A stretch of 64,000 nucleotides of DNA from an uncultured Chloroflexia bacterium (GTDB lineage Bacteria > Chloroflexota > UBA6077 > CF-72), in assembly GCA_963776625.1 (NCBI GenBank), contig CAVZNP010000014.1, forward strand, positions 123,280 to 187,279, given 5' to 3'. A model generated the notes under the pieces. That model had not been told where the DNA came from. It was given only the letters and a program-made list of their open reading frames with translations, and did no database searches. Shown here in pieces: positions 39,542 through 49,793 of this stretch (position 1 is the first letter of the stretch; each line of letters begins with the position of its first letter). The position numbers and the translations under genes were made by a program.

Positions 39542-40666
39542 ATGCCAGGCAAGATCAGGGTCGGCATTGTCGGCGCTACCGTGACCAAGGGTGGTAGTGG
39601 CTGGGGCGCCAATGCGCACGTGCCCGCGCTCCACGCGCTGCCCGATTACGAGCTCAAAGCGGTCTGCACCGCGCACGCCGATACGGCCACGGCCTCCGCC
39701 GCGGAGTTCGGCGCCGAGCTCGCCTTCGACAACTTCGAAGCCATGCTCGCCAATCCAGACATCGACCTGGTGGTGGTCTGTGTCCGCGTCCCCGGCCACC
39801 ACGCGCTGGTCATGCAGGCACTGGAAGCCGGCAAGAACGTCTTCTGCGAGTGGCCGCTGGGCGCCAACCTCGTCGAGGCCCAGGAGATGGCCAAACTGGC
39901 CTCCGCCAGCTCGCTGCGCACCGCGGTCGGCCTGCAGGGCGAGAGCGATCCCAGTTTGCTGTACGTCCGCGAGCTCATCCGCGATGGCTTCATCGGTGAG
40001 GTGCTCGCGGTCAACTTCGTCTCGACGAGCCAGGCCGTTACGGAACGTGGCGCCGGTCGCATCTGGCAGGGTGACCGCCGCAACGGCGCCAATACGCTGA
40101 CCATCGCCGCTGGGCACGCCATCGACGGGCTGTGCTTCGTGCTGGGCGAGTTCGAGGAAGTCTCGGCGCGACTGGCGGTCAACCTCAAGGAGTGGCACAA
40201 CCCCGAGACGGGCGAGACCTTCACCGTCGACTCGCCCGACTGGATCAGCGTCTCGGGTCGTCTGGTCACTGGCGGGCAGGTGGCATTCCTGGTGACGACC
40301 GTGCCGGCCAATCCCAGCGGCACCCGCTTCGAGATTTTCGGCCGCGAAGGCACGCTGGTGCTGACGGCCGGCTCTCTGAATCAGGGCAACACGAAGATTG
40401 TTGGATCGCGCGGCAAAGATCCGCTCGAGCCGATGGACCCGCCCCGCCGCTTCCGTCTGGTGCCCGACGACACGCCGAACGGCTCGCCGTTCAACGTTGC
40501 GCAGGCCTACGTACGGTACGCCGCGAGCGCCAGCCAGGGCCAGGCGTACACGCCCGACTTCGACCACGCGGTGACGCGCCACGCGCTGATCGAAGCGATC
40601 GAACGCTCGGATGCCGCGGGTCGCGCCGTCCGCCTGGACTCGATCATCTCCAGCACGCCCGCCTGA
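39542..40666 (+). CDS. Gfo/Idh/MocA family oxidoreductase
   Basis: VGIVGA, HVPAL, GKNVFCEWPL, GHAID. Confidence 0.9.
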   Translation: MPGKIRVGIVGATVTKGGSGWGANAHVPALHALPDYELKAVCTAHADTATASAAEFGAELAFDNFEAMLANPDIDLVVVCVRVPGHHALVMQALEAGKNVFCEWPLGANLVEAQEMAKLASASSLRTAVGLQGESDPSLLYVRELIRDGFIGEVLAVNFVSTSQAVTERGAGRIWQGDRRNGANTLTIAAGHAIDGLCFVLGEFEEVSARLAVNLKEWHNPETGETFTVDSPDWISVSGRLVTGGQVAFLVTTVPANPSGTRFEIFGREGTLVLTAGSLNQGNTKIVGSRGKDPLEPMDPPRRFRLVPDDTPNGSPFNVAQAYVRYAASASQGQAYTPDFDHAVTRHALIEAIERSDAAGRAVRLDSIISSTPA

Positions 40667-40675
40667 GGTTTTGTC

Positions 40676-41479
40676 TCAGGCCGGTCCCCACGCCGCGCCG
40701 AGCGTGACCGGCACGTCCCACGCGTTGTCGCCGCTCGCCGGCTCCGGCACCCGCAGGTTGATGTGATACTCCGGCTCGGTGGATGACGCATTCCAGTTGC
40801 GATGCGGCATCCCCGCCGGAATCGTCACCAGAGTGTGGGGTCCGACCGTGTAGCGCTCGAAGCCAAGCTCCAGCTCCATGGTCCCGCTGATCAGGTAGTA
40901 GATCTGATCGAAGCGGTGCATGTGCAACGTCGGTCCTTGCGATCCGGCTGGCACGCGGAAGACACCCAGACTCACGCTGTTCAGACCTGTCGCACGGTCC
41001 GCCAGCACCACCTGCGAGAACTTGTCGGGGTCGAAGCGCGCCTCATCCAGTTGCCGCACGACCTCGAACGTGGACCCCGCTCCGGCCACGTGCGAGGCAG
41101 CGGCGCTCGCGTTGTCCGCCACCTGCGTCACGAGTGGAGTCCCCGCGGGTGGCGTCGGGACGATCAGCTCGAAGTGCAGCTCATCCTCGGTGCCCTCGTT
41201 CCAGTTCCAGTGCGGCGTTCCCGCCGGGATGATCACCAGGTTGCCGGGCTCGACGACGTAGGTCTGCTCAGCCACGCGCGCGTGCATGATGCCCGTCAGC
41301 ACGTAGTACAGCTGATCGCTGGGGTGGATGTGGAGTCCCGTGGTCGTGCCCGTCCCGGGTGGCACGCGCGTTGACAGGCACAGGCAGCTGTCCAGCCCCG
41401 TGCTCGCGTCCGCCAGCCGCTGGCTGTGAAAAGCGCCGGCAGGAAAGGCTGAAAAGTCCACCGAGCGTACGTACTGCAT
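40676..41479 (-). CDS. Bicupin protein
   Basis: Two cupin repeats H.H..DQ.YY...IPAG.PH.NWN. Confidence 0.85.
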   Translation of the reverse strand: MQYVRSVDFSAFPAGAFHSQRLADASTGLDSCLCLSTRVPPGTGTTTGLHIHPSDQLYYVLTGIMHARVAEQTYVVEPGNLVIIPAGTPHWNWNEGTEDELHFELIVPTPPAGTPLVTQVADNASAAASHVAGAGSTFEVVRQLDEARFDPDKFSQVVLADRATGLNSVSLGVFRVPAGSQGPTLHMHRFDQIYYLISGTMELELGFERYTVGPHTLVTIPAGMPHRNWNASSTEPEYHINLRVPEPASGDNAWDVPVTLGAAWGPA

Positions 41480-41529
41480 GGCGGTGAGCCATTGTAGACT
41501 CAAGCCACCGCGAAAAGGAGTGCAGGCCG

Positions 41530-42234
41530 ATTCCGTCAGCTATCTCGTCCGAACGCTACGCGAAGGGCATGACCTTCGATGAGTACCTCACGTATTTGGC
41601 CACGCCGGAAAATCTGCAGCGTGAAGGCAGCGGCGGGCCGAGAACCGATCGCAGCGCCTTTTTTCGCCAGGCCTTTCAGAACTCACGGCTGACGGAAGAC
41701 CAGGTAGCCGCGCTGAAGTGGCTTGTGGCCCAGCCGAACGGGCCGGCCAGGATGCTGGTGATTTCCGAAGACTGGTCGTCCGACTGTCGACGCGATGTGC
41801 CAACGTTCGCCCGCATCGCCGCCGAAACGGGCATGGAGCTGCGCATCTTCAATCGCGACGGGCAAAAGTTCTCCGCCTCCAACGTGCCCAGCCTGGCGGA
41901 GGCGCCCGACAGCAATGCGGACCTCATGGCGCAGTTCCTCAACCACAAAGATGGGCAGACGTATCAGTCGATTCCGGTGTGTGCCTTCTATACCCGGGAC
42001 CTGGAGTATCTGTACCACTTCACCGAGTACGCGGCGATGTACGACAAGGACCGCGTGGTCGTGGCCCACATTCGCGCACCGCGCCCGGGCGAAGCGCCGG
42101 ATCAGACGCGCGCTCGCTCCGACCGAGAATTCGCGGCGCTGGTCGATTCACCGTTCTGGCGCATCTGGACCTCGGCGGCGGTCGATGAGATCGTCAGCGC
42201 CCTCCACCGCAAGGCCGTCCTGGGCGAGGTGTAA
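41530..42234 (+). CDS. Thioredoxin-fold protein with SxxC motif; probable ATT start (ATG 41569 is the alternative)
   Basis: ISEDWSSDCRRDVP, SIPV cis-Pro loop. AAAAGGAG lies 9 nt before the in-frame ATT. Confidence 0.8.
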   Translation: MPSAISSERYAKGMTFDEYLTYLATPENLQREGSGGPRTDRSAFFRQAFQNSRLTEDQVAALKWLVAQPNGPARMLVISEDWSSDCRRDVPTFARIAAETGMELRIFNRDGQKFSASNVPSLAEAPDSNADLMAQFLNHKDGQTYQSIPVCAFYTRDLEYLYHFTEYAAMYDKDRVVVAHIRAPRPGEAPDQTRARSDREFAALVDSPFWRIWTSAAVDEIVSALHRKAVLGEV

Positions 42235-42406
42235 GTCCCTCGCCCGCGCGGCTACCGCCAGCAGGACGGCATGTGGCAGATTGTGCACAGCAGCTCGTCG
42301 TGCTGTGTTGGCCGCTCTGCCTCATCCGGCTTCTTCGTCCCGATCGCGTCGGTCTTGTCCGCCGTCGCTGCCTCCTGGGACACCGGCGCCCGAGGCGTGT
42401 CGGCCG

Positions 42407-43153
42407 TCATCGCGCACTCACCAATCGATTCGCCCGCAGGAAAGCGCGCATCTGCTCGACGACGTGTGGAACAACCGCTTCGGTTTTCCAGTCCTCGATA
42501 ATCTCCACCGTCGGCAGCAGTTTGCCGACTTCCACCGAGACGCCGCGCGGGTGCGCACGATCGTTGCCGTACATCAGCAGCAACGGCGTCTGAAACGACT
42601 TCAGCTCGTCGGGTGTTGCGGTGAAAACGAATCCGGAGTCGAACAGTCCATGGCCGAAAGCGTCGACGTCGTCCATGCTGAACGATGCGCCGTTGTCAAT
42701 CAGATTCTGGCCCCATGGCCGCCACATGTCCGGTCCGAAGGCGCCGTCGTTGCTCTCATCGTGACCGATCGGCTGCATCGGAATGCCGGCGACAATGCGC
42801 TCGGGCGCAAGCTTCAGCAGCTCAAAGATAAACGACGACCCGATGCAGCTGCCGATGACGAGCGTCTTGTCGACGCCGAGGTGGTCGAGGACCGCCAGCT
42901 GATCCTCCGCGTACATCCGCCACGCGTCGGGGCTCTCCAGCGGTCCGTGCGATCGGACACCGGCATTGCGTTGGTCCATGCCGATGATCCGGTACTCGCC
43001 GGCGAACGCTTCCAGTGGATTGATAGGCATCCGCGCCCAGAAGTCGACAGTCGAGTTCAGGCCGCCAGGTGCCAGCAGGAACAGCGCTGGTAGAGCAGGG
43101 TCGCCGTGGTCCTCGTAGTAGATCGTCGCTCCGGCACGCTCGATTGTTGGCAT
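42407..43153 (-). CDS. Alpha/beta hydrolase with Cys at the nucleophile position
   Basis: APGG, MDQRNAG, GSCIG, GND..HP. Confidence 0.8.
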   Translation of the reverse strand: MPTIERAGATIYYEDHGDPALPALFLLAPGGLNSTVDFWARMPINPLEAFAGEYRIIGMDQRNAGVRSHGPLESPDAWRMYAEDQLAVLDHLGVDKTLVIGSCIGSSFIFELLKLAPERIVAGIPMQPIGHDESNDGAFGPDMWRPWGQNLIDNGASFSMDDVDAFGHGLFDSGFVFTATPDELKSFQTPLLLMYGNDRAHPRGVSVEVGKLLPTVEIIEDWKTEAVVPHVVEQMRAFLRANRLVSAR

Positions 43154-43211
43154 CGCTACGCTCCTCTCTCGTTGCCAGGTTACCGCGCCCGACTTCGTGC
43201 CCGGGAGTGGC

Positions 43212-45369
43212 TCACGCCTGACAGTCGTACAGCTGCAGTCCGCCGGTCTGATTGCCATCCGCCGTTCTGGACGACGCTGCAGTTCGTCTCGACCCAATCA
43301 ACCACGTCGCTGGTGCCGTCCAGGCTAGAATCGGTCGCCTGGCGATTGCTGCCACCGCGCTGCTGTGCGAGGTAGAAGAAGCGCACCACCCCGTCGCCAA
43401 CCTGCTGGGCGAGCTGGCCGGGTGTGAGGATGCGGTCCCACCCCTGGTAGCCGCCAAGCGCCATTGCCGGCTGACCACTGTCGAGAATGAACAGGCTCGC
43501 GTAGCTGGAGGTGGTGGTGGCAACCAGATAGTCGGCGCTGCCCTGGTTGACTTCGAGATAGCTCACCAGCGCCGGGTCCAGGTGGTTCCAGTCAGTACCA
43601 GCAAAGGTCATGGCGCCATTGCCGCCGCCCCCGAAGCCAAACGCAGCTCCGCCCCCAAACGGCGCGCCACCAGGCCCGCCACCGGCATTGCCAGGATTGC
43701 CGCGCGTTGGGGCTGCTCCGCGGCCGCCGAACGCCTGCCCCGCCGGCGGTCCGCCTCGTCCACCACCCGGACCTCCGAACCCGCCGCCCAGGTTCGGCCC
43801 CGCCTCGACCAGCCAGCCGCCACCACTGCCGTTCTGTACCGAGATGACCGACCACGCCAGCGGCGCAACCAGCAGAGCTGCCATGCCAAGCGCGACCGCG
43901 CCGCGCGCAATGTGCACGTGTCGGACATCCAGCGCGTACTCCAGCAGCAGCGCCGCGATGGCCAGCAGTGTGCCACCAACCAGCACCGGCGTCAGCCAAC
44001 CCCGCACCGTTGGTGCGATCGACACCACGCCCAGCTCCACCCACAGCGACACCAGCAGAGCCGCTGGCAGCAGCCAGCGGGCCAGACCATTTTGCGGGTC
44101 GCGATACATCTGCCACAGGCTGACGAGTCCGATTCCAGTCGATGCCGCCACGGCGGGTCCGAGCATGATCAGGTAGTACACGTGGTAAAAGCGCGCGAAG
44201 CTGAAGACTGCGGACCAGACCAGTAGCCAGCCGCCCCACGCGGTCAGAGCCACCGCCTGCTGGCGTCGCGCACCGCCGCGGTGCGGCTCGTCAACTGCCC
44301 CGCGCCGAGGTACGAGCCGAACAGCGGCCGCGACGAGGCCGACGAACGCAAAAACCAGCAGCCAGCTCGCCTGCCCGGCGAGTGTGGGTGCCAGCAATCG
44401 CAGTAGCCCCGGATTGCCGATGCCAGGAGCCATGATCGGCGCGACTTGCAAATCAATATTTGTCCCGAGAAAACTGAGCGCCGGAACGTGCTGGGCAATC
44501 GCCAGGGTGATGCGGCTGAGCCCGTTGTAGCCAAGTGCCAGACTGAGTGCCGAATTGCTGCCACTCGAGCCGACGTATGGCCGCAAGTTCGCGGGAGTCA
44601 GGTCCACAAATACGGACCATGACAGCGACACGCCGATCAGTACGACCAGTGCCAGCGTGAGGTCTGCCAGACGCCGCGGCCACTTCACCGGCGCGCACAC
44701 CAGGTACGCCAATCCCAGACCTGGCACCACCGGATACGCCTGGAGCATCTTGACGTTGAAGCCAATTCCAACCAGGACGGCGCCGATCAAGAGCCAGCCA
44801 ACCGACCCTCGCTCGGCGGCCAGGCTGACCGCGAAGACGGCCAGCAGTAGCGTCAGCACGAGGACGGAGTCCATGGTGTTATTGCGGTCCGTCACCACGC
44901 TGATGGGTGTGACGGCCAGGACGAGCGCCGCCACGCATGCCGCCGCGGCTCCAAAGACGCGTCGCACCAGCAGGTACACGAGCGCGACGCTCGCGACGCC
45001 AGCCAGCGCTTGCGGAAGCAGGATGGCCACGCCGTTGAATCCGAGCAGGCGGGCGCTCAGCACCTGCACCCACAGTCCGAGCGGCGGCTTGTCAACGGTC
45101 ACGAAGCCGCCCGCGTCGAACGAGGCAAAGAGGAACGCGTGCCAGTTCTGGAGCATGCTCCACACCGCGGCCGCGTAGTACGTATTGCCGAAACCCTCCT
45201 GGTTGAGTGCCACGAGGTTCAGGCCGGCGCTCAGTCCCAGAATGAGGGTGAGCGGGCCAGCCTCGCGCCAGGACAGGCTGCGCCGGCGCGCCCACCGACC
45301 CACTTCAGCGCGATCCGTCGGGCGGGTGTCGTCCCGCGCGCCTGAGTGCGGGATGTCGATAACTGCCAC
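43212..45369 (-). CDS. GT39/ArnT-like membrane glycosyltransferase; frameshift near 43255 (natural end GLQLYDCQA*)
   Basis: YYAAAV.SM, VDKPP, RNNTMD, FNVKML, GYNGL.R, YY..ML.P, MALGGY.G.D. The LYDC terminus is in another frame. Confidence 0.85.
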
Positions 45370-45370
45370 G

Positions 45371-46381
45371 TCAGCTCGCCACGGCCCTGGCCACTGAGAC
45401 GCTTCGCCACAGGTACATCAGTCCGCCGGCGACTGCCAGGCTCAGGTAGTTCACGAGTCGATTGAGCAGCGCGATGGCGCTGGCTCCAGCGGCCGCCACA
45501 CCCAGACTTGTCAGCACCAGCACGATGCCGGGTTCCGTCACGCCAAGTCCTCCGGGCGTGACGGGCTCGACGCTCAGCAAGGATGCCACCAGCCCAGCCA
45601 CGAGCGCGCCGCTGATCGACAGGTCCACTCCAATGGCAGCTGCCAGCAGCAGCAATGTGGCGCCTTCGATGAGCCACGCCAGCGTGGAATACGTCACCAG
45701 CAGCGGCACGCGCTGCAGCGATTGCACCGCGCCGTGCTCGAAGCGGGCGTATGTCGCGTGCCAGCGATCGGGCAGGATCCGCTCGACCAGCCGACGCATC
45801 CTGGGTAACGCTATCAGTGTCAGGAGTCCGAAGACCGACAAGCCGAAGCCGGCCAGCAGCGCGTCGGTGCCTTGTTGTGGGAGTCGTCCGCGATACACGG
45901 TGAGCGCCGCGAGCGACAACAGCCCGACGAGCGTCACCAGGTCGACGAGTCGCTCGGCCAGGATAGTGCCGAGCGTCATCGGGAGTGATGCCTGGGATTC
46001 CTGTTTCAGGAGGTACCCGCGATACACGTCGCCCAACTGCGCAACGCTGACGCTGTTGGCGAATGAGCCGAGGACCAGCATGCGTGTCAGGTGGTTGAGC
46101 GGCGGGATGCGTCGTAGTCCGGCATTTTGCAGGAGCGTGCGCCAGCGCAGGGCTCGCACTGGAAAGCTCAGGTAAAACACGCCGACCGCGAGGATCAGGA
46201 GAAGCGGATTGGCGTCGGTGACCTCCGCCCAGATGGCTGACAGGGAGATGCCGGGCAAACCGTGCGCGGCCAACACGAGTCCGCCAATCGCCACGAGGAC
46301 GGGAATCACGTTGCGCGGCCGGGCGACCTCCGCGAGGAGGTGCTTTTTCTCGCTGGAGATCGTCACGTCAGCAGCCGTCAC
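45371..46381 (-). CDS. Lysylphosphatidylglycerol-synthase-TM / flippase-like membrane protein
   Basis: RALRW, N...QLGDVYR, ERLVD, TPGGLG..E. Confidence 0.85.
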   Translation of the reverse strand: MTAADVTISSEKKHLLAEVARPRNVIPVLVAIGGLVLAAHGLPGISLSAIWAEVTDANPLLLILAVGVFYLSFPVRALRWRTLLQNAGLRRIPPLNHLTRMLVLGSFANSVSVAQLGDVYRGYLLKQESQASLPMTLGTILAERLVDLVTLVGLLSLAALTVYRGRLPQQGTDALLAGFGLSVFGLLTLIALPRMRRLVERILPDRWHATYARFEHGAVQSLQRVPLLVTYSTLAWLIEGATLLLLAAAIGVDLSISGALVAGLVASLLSVEPVTPGGLGVTEPGIVLVLTSLGVAAAGASAIALLNRLVNYLSLAVAGGLMYLWRSVSVARAVAS

Positions 46382-46382
46382 G

Positions 46383-47159
46383 TCAGGCCGCCCGCTCCGC
46401 GACTGTTCCTTGCACTGCTGCCGTCGCATCTGCTTCGCGCGCCGTCCGCATCCGCAGCCGGAACAGTTCCACGAACGCGCGCGCGATTACTCGCGGATTC
46501 GCGCCCGTCGGCGAGCCGGCGGTGCGCGGAAAATGACTGACTGGCACTTCCGCGATGCGAAAGCCGAGTCGACGTGCCTTGATCAAAAACTCGGCGCTGA
46601 AGGTCGCCCCGTGCGACTCCACATGCATGCTCTGCCACACCGTGCGGCGGAAGAGTTTGAACGCACAGTCGATGTCACGCGCGGTGTAGCCGAACAGCCC
46701 ATTGACCAGCTGCTTCCAGCCCCAGGCGTTCAAGAGTCGCATCGGCGGGTCGGCGCGCTGGGCGCGAAAGCCGATCGCCAGGTCTGTCTCGTCGTCCAGC
46801 GCCGCCAGCAGGTGGACGACCTCGGCGACGTCGAACTGTCCGTCGGCGTCGAGCATCAGGATCAGCTCCGCGTGCGCCGCGTCGAAGCCGCTCGCCAGCG
46901 CCGCGCCGTACCCCTGGTTGCGCGTGTGACTGATCGTGCGCAGGTGCAGCTCGGGCTCGGTCGCCATCAATCGGACGAGGATCTCTCGCGTTCGATCACG
47001 AGAGCCGTCGTTGACGACCACGATCTCAAAGTCGTCGACCAGCAGTCTCAGGACTTCGGCGACGTGCTGCACGGTGCGCTCGATGAGCGCCTCCTCGTTG
47101 TAGGCCGGCAGCACGACCGACACGCTGTGTTCCCTTCTGGGATGTTCCAAGGTGTACAT
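46383..47159 (-). CDS. GT2 polyprenol-phosphate glycosyltransferase
   Basis: VVLPAYNEE, VNDGSRD, NQGYGAA, DADGQF, DIDCAFK. Confidence 0.93.
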   Translation of the reverse strand: MYTLEHPRREHSVSVVLPAYNEEALIERTVQHVAEVLRLLVDDFEIVVVNDGSRDRTREILVRLMATEPELHLRTISHTRNQGYGAALASGFDAAHAELILMLDADGQFDVAEVVHLLAALDDETDLAIGFRAQRADPPMRLLNAWGWKQLVNGLFGYTARDIDCAFKLFRRTVWQSMHVESHGATFSAEFLIKARRLGFRIAEVPVSHFPRTAGSPTGANPRVIARAFVELFRLRMRTAREADATAAVQGTVAERAA

Positions 47160-47311
47160 GGGCGACCCTCCTTGCCGTCGGACGTTTCGCTGGCAGTTCA
47201 AAAGCTTGATGAGGTCAGTCTCCTCGCCGCACCTTGGGAATTCCTTGGCCCTGACCGACTTGTTGCCCCTTGACCGAACTGGTCATTGGTGAGATGGTCT
47301 ATTCCCACGCG

Positions 47312-48289
47312 ATGCACCCATCGTCTTTCCGGACGCAGGCAGGTTCCGAGCGGGAGTCGCCGGCTCGCAGGCGGGCCCACGAGCCGTCAGAGTCGACGTT
47401 CGAATCACGAACGGACACGGCCGACGGCATGCTCGACTACCTGCAGCGCACCGCCGGCAACAGCGCGGTGAACGTTCTGCTTCGCCGCGCCAGCCCAGTG
47501 CAGATGGCGGGTGGCCTGCGCGGGCTTGGCTTGCTGCAGCGCGACGACGATCCCGCCCCGAGTCCTGATGCTCAGCCCGCACCGCAAAGTGATGGCGGCT
47601 TGCAGGACGTGGCCGGCGAAGCGCCCGTGTCGCTGCCGCTGCCCGACGCGGTGTCCCTGCCGCTGACCACAGACTATGGTCCCGGCGACTACAACGTGCC
47701 GCCGAGCAATCCGGATACGGCGATGGCCAAGCACGACCTGTCGCTGGCGGGTCCGTTGTCAGGCTCTGGCAGAGCGGAAACGGGAACGCGCACGGGCACG
47801 AGCACGAGCGCGGGGTGGCGCGTGCAGCGCGATGACGACCCGCCGCCCAACCAGGCCTCGGCCCAGAGCGGCACCACGCTCGCTGGGCCGCAGCAGGCGC
47901 CGTATCAGATGCAGGTCACGCGCACGCTCAAGCTGATCCCGCCGCTCAAACTCGAGAACCTGCACCTGGATGTGTTCGGCGATTCACAGATCAGCATCGG
48001 GCTCGACTCACAAGGCACCCTGTCGGGGCAAATCGCCCAGAACTTGCTCACGGCGCATCTATTTCCGAACTGGCGGGTGCCGGTCGACACGACGCTGGCA
48101 GCGATCTACAACCAGAATATTCTGCCGAAGCTCGTTCCACAGCCAGGCGGCCAGGTTCAGGCCGAGGGCCACGTGACCAAGACCTTTAGTGTGACGTTCA
48201 CGATTCAGGGAGTCGGGACCAATTCCGAGGACGGCAAATCGAGGGTGTGGAGCGTGACCGCCGCGGGCGGGATCATTACCTACTTTTAG
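47312..48289 (+). CDS. Hypothetical protein with LQRTAGNSAV / LQR / VQR leader motifs and beta-rich C-terminal domain
   Basis: Motifs read directly from the translation; ends ..GGIITYF. Confidence 0.65.
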   Translation: MHPSSFRTQAGSERESPARRRAHEPSESTFESRTDTADGMLDYLQRTAGNSAVNVLLRRASPVQMAGGLRGLGLLQRDDDPAPSPDAQPAPQSDGGLQDVAGEAPVSLPLPDAVSLPLTTDYGPGDYNVPPSNPDTAMAKHDLSLAGPLSGSGRAETGTRTGTSTSAGWRVQRDDDPPPNQASAQSGTTLAGPQQAPYQMQVTRTLKLIPPLKLENLHLDVFGDSQISIGLDSQGTLSGQIAQNLLTAHLFPNWRVPVDTTLAAIYNQNILPKLVPQPGGQVQAEGHVTKTFSVTFTIQGVGTNSEDGKSRVWSVTAAGGIITYF

Positions 48290-48362
48290 CCACACCTACT
48301 TTTAGCCCCCCTGCTGCGTCGTCGTCCCTGCATCCGGGGACATGCCCAGCTCCCAGGCAGTG

Positions 48363-48734
48363 CTACTCCTGCAGCCGGGTCGTATATCGCGACACGAGCC
48401 CCAGCAGCTCGTCGAGGTCGAATGGCTTCCCCAGATACCCGTCGGCTTCAATCTCCGCCGCGCGCTGCCCGGCGTCCGTCGCCGCGGTGATCACCACGAT
48501 CGGCGCATGCGGTCCTGCCTGCTGCCGATACGTCCGCGCGAACGTCCAGCCGTCCATCACCGGCATGCGCATGTCCAGCAGGATCAGGTCAGGCTGCACC
48601 TGATCCGTCACTTCGAGCGCCTGCGCGCCGTTGCCGGCGGTTGAGACCGCGTACCCAACGCTGTCGAGCGCCATCTCGACAAAACTGCGAATGCTCGTAT
48701 CGTCGTCGACCACCAGGATCCGTGGCTGCGCCAT
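48363..48734 (-). CDS. Single-domain response regulator
   Basis: ILVVDDD, LLDMRMPVMDG, TA, KPF. Confidence 0.93.
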   Translation of the reverse strand: MAQPRILVVDDDTSIRSFVEMALDSVGYAVSTAGNGAQALEVTDQVQPDLILLDMRMPVMDGWTFARTYRQQAGPHAPIVVITAATDAGQRAAEIEADGYLGKPFDLDELLGLVSRYTTRLQE

Positions 48735-48980
48735 AGTCACCATCAGTTATGCCCGCCCGGGCGTGTCGCACGGAGCATACCGGGTCACTGCCGCGCGATA
48801 CTGGATCGCACTCAAACGGGGCCCGCGTCCGCGGCCAGGCGAGCAAATTTTGTTAACGTCTTGTCACAGGTCGTTTGCCATGAGGCCAGGCCATGCCGGT
48901 ACCTTGTTGTCCTGCGCCCCCTTGCACAGCAACCGGTTTCGCGGGGGATTTCCAGCTTTTCGGCCGCGCTCCTGGCTGGC

Positions 48981-49793
48981 ATGACACCGCCGAGCGCGCG
49001 CGACTGGTCCAGACTGCCGCGGACGCTGCGCCGTCGGCGTGAGATTGGCGTCGCGCTCCTGGTCCTCGCTCTCGGCCTGCTCCTCGCTCTTGGCCTGCTG
49101 CGGTCGACGCCTGTCACCGCCGACGCCAACGAACCCCGCATCCTGGTCTTCAGCGAGACCGCCGGCTTCCGCCACGATTCGATTCCAGCAGGCATCCACG
49201 CCGTCACGTCCCTCGGTGCACACAACGGTTTCAGTGTCGACGCCACCGAAGACCCGCGCGCCTTCACCGACGCGACTCTCGCCGCCTATCGCGCCGTCGT
49301 GTTCTTGTCCACCACGGGCAACATCCTCGACGACGCACAGCGCGGCGCGTTTCAGCGCTACATTGAAGCCGGCAATGGCTACGTGGGGGTCCACTCCGCC
49401 AGCGACAGCGGCTACGACTGGCCGTGGTACGGCGGGTTAGTGGGCGCGTACTTCGCCGATCATCCGGACATCCAGCCAGCCGTGCTGCACGTCGAAGACG
49501 CTACCCACCCATCGACAGTTGGCCTGCCGACCGCGTGGTCGCGCACCGACGAGTGGTACGACTTTCGCACCAATCCGCGCGACACGCCGGGAATCCACGT
49601 GCTGATCACACTGGATGAATCCAGCTACTCCGGCGGTCAGATGGGCGCTGACCACCCCTGGAGCTGGTACCACGCGTACGACGGGGGGCGCGCCTGGTAT
49701 ACCGCCGGTGGCCATACCATCGAGAGTTACTCGGAGGAGCTGTTCCTCCAGCATTTGCTGGGTGGTATCCAGTACGCGGCAGCGCTCGACTGA
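48981..49793 (+). CDS. Secreted ThuA-like domain protein
   Basis: LVFSETAGFRHDSIP, GVHSASD, DEWY.F, WYTAGGH. Confidence 0.88.
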   Translation: MTPPSARDWSRLPRTLRRRREIGVALLVLALGLLLALGLLRSTPVTADANEPRILVFSETAGFRHDSIPAGIHAVTSLGAHNGFSVDATEDPRAFTDATLAAYRAVVFLSTTGNILDDAQRGAFQRYIEAGNGYVGVHSASDSGYDWPWYGGLVGAYFADHPDIQPAVLHVEDATHPSTVGLPTAWSRTDEWYDFRTNPRDTPGIHVLITLDESSYSGGQMGADHPWSWYHAYDGGRAWYTAGGHTIESYSEELFLQHLLGGIQYAAALD

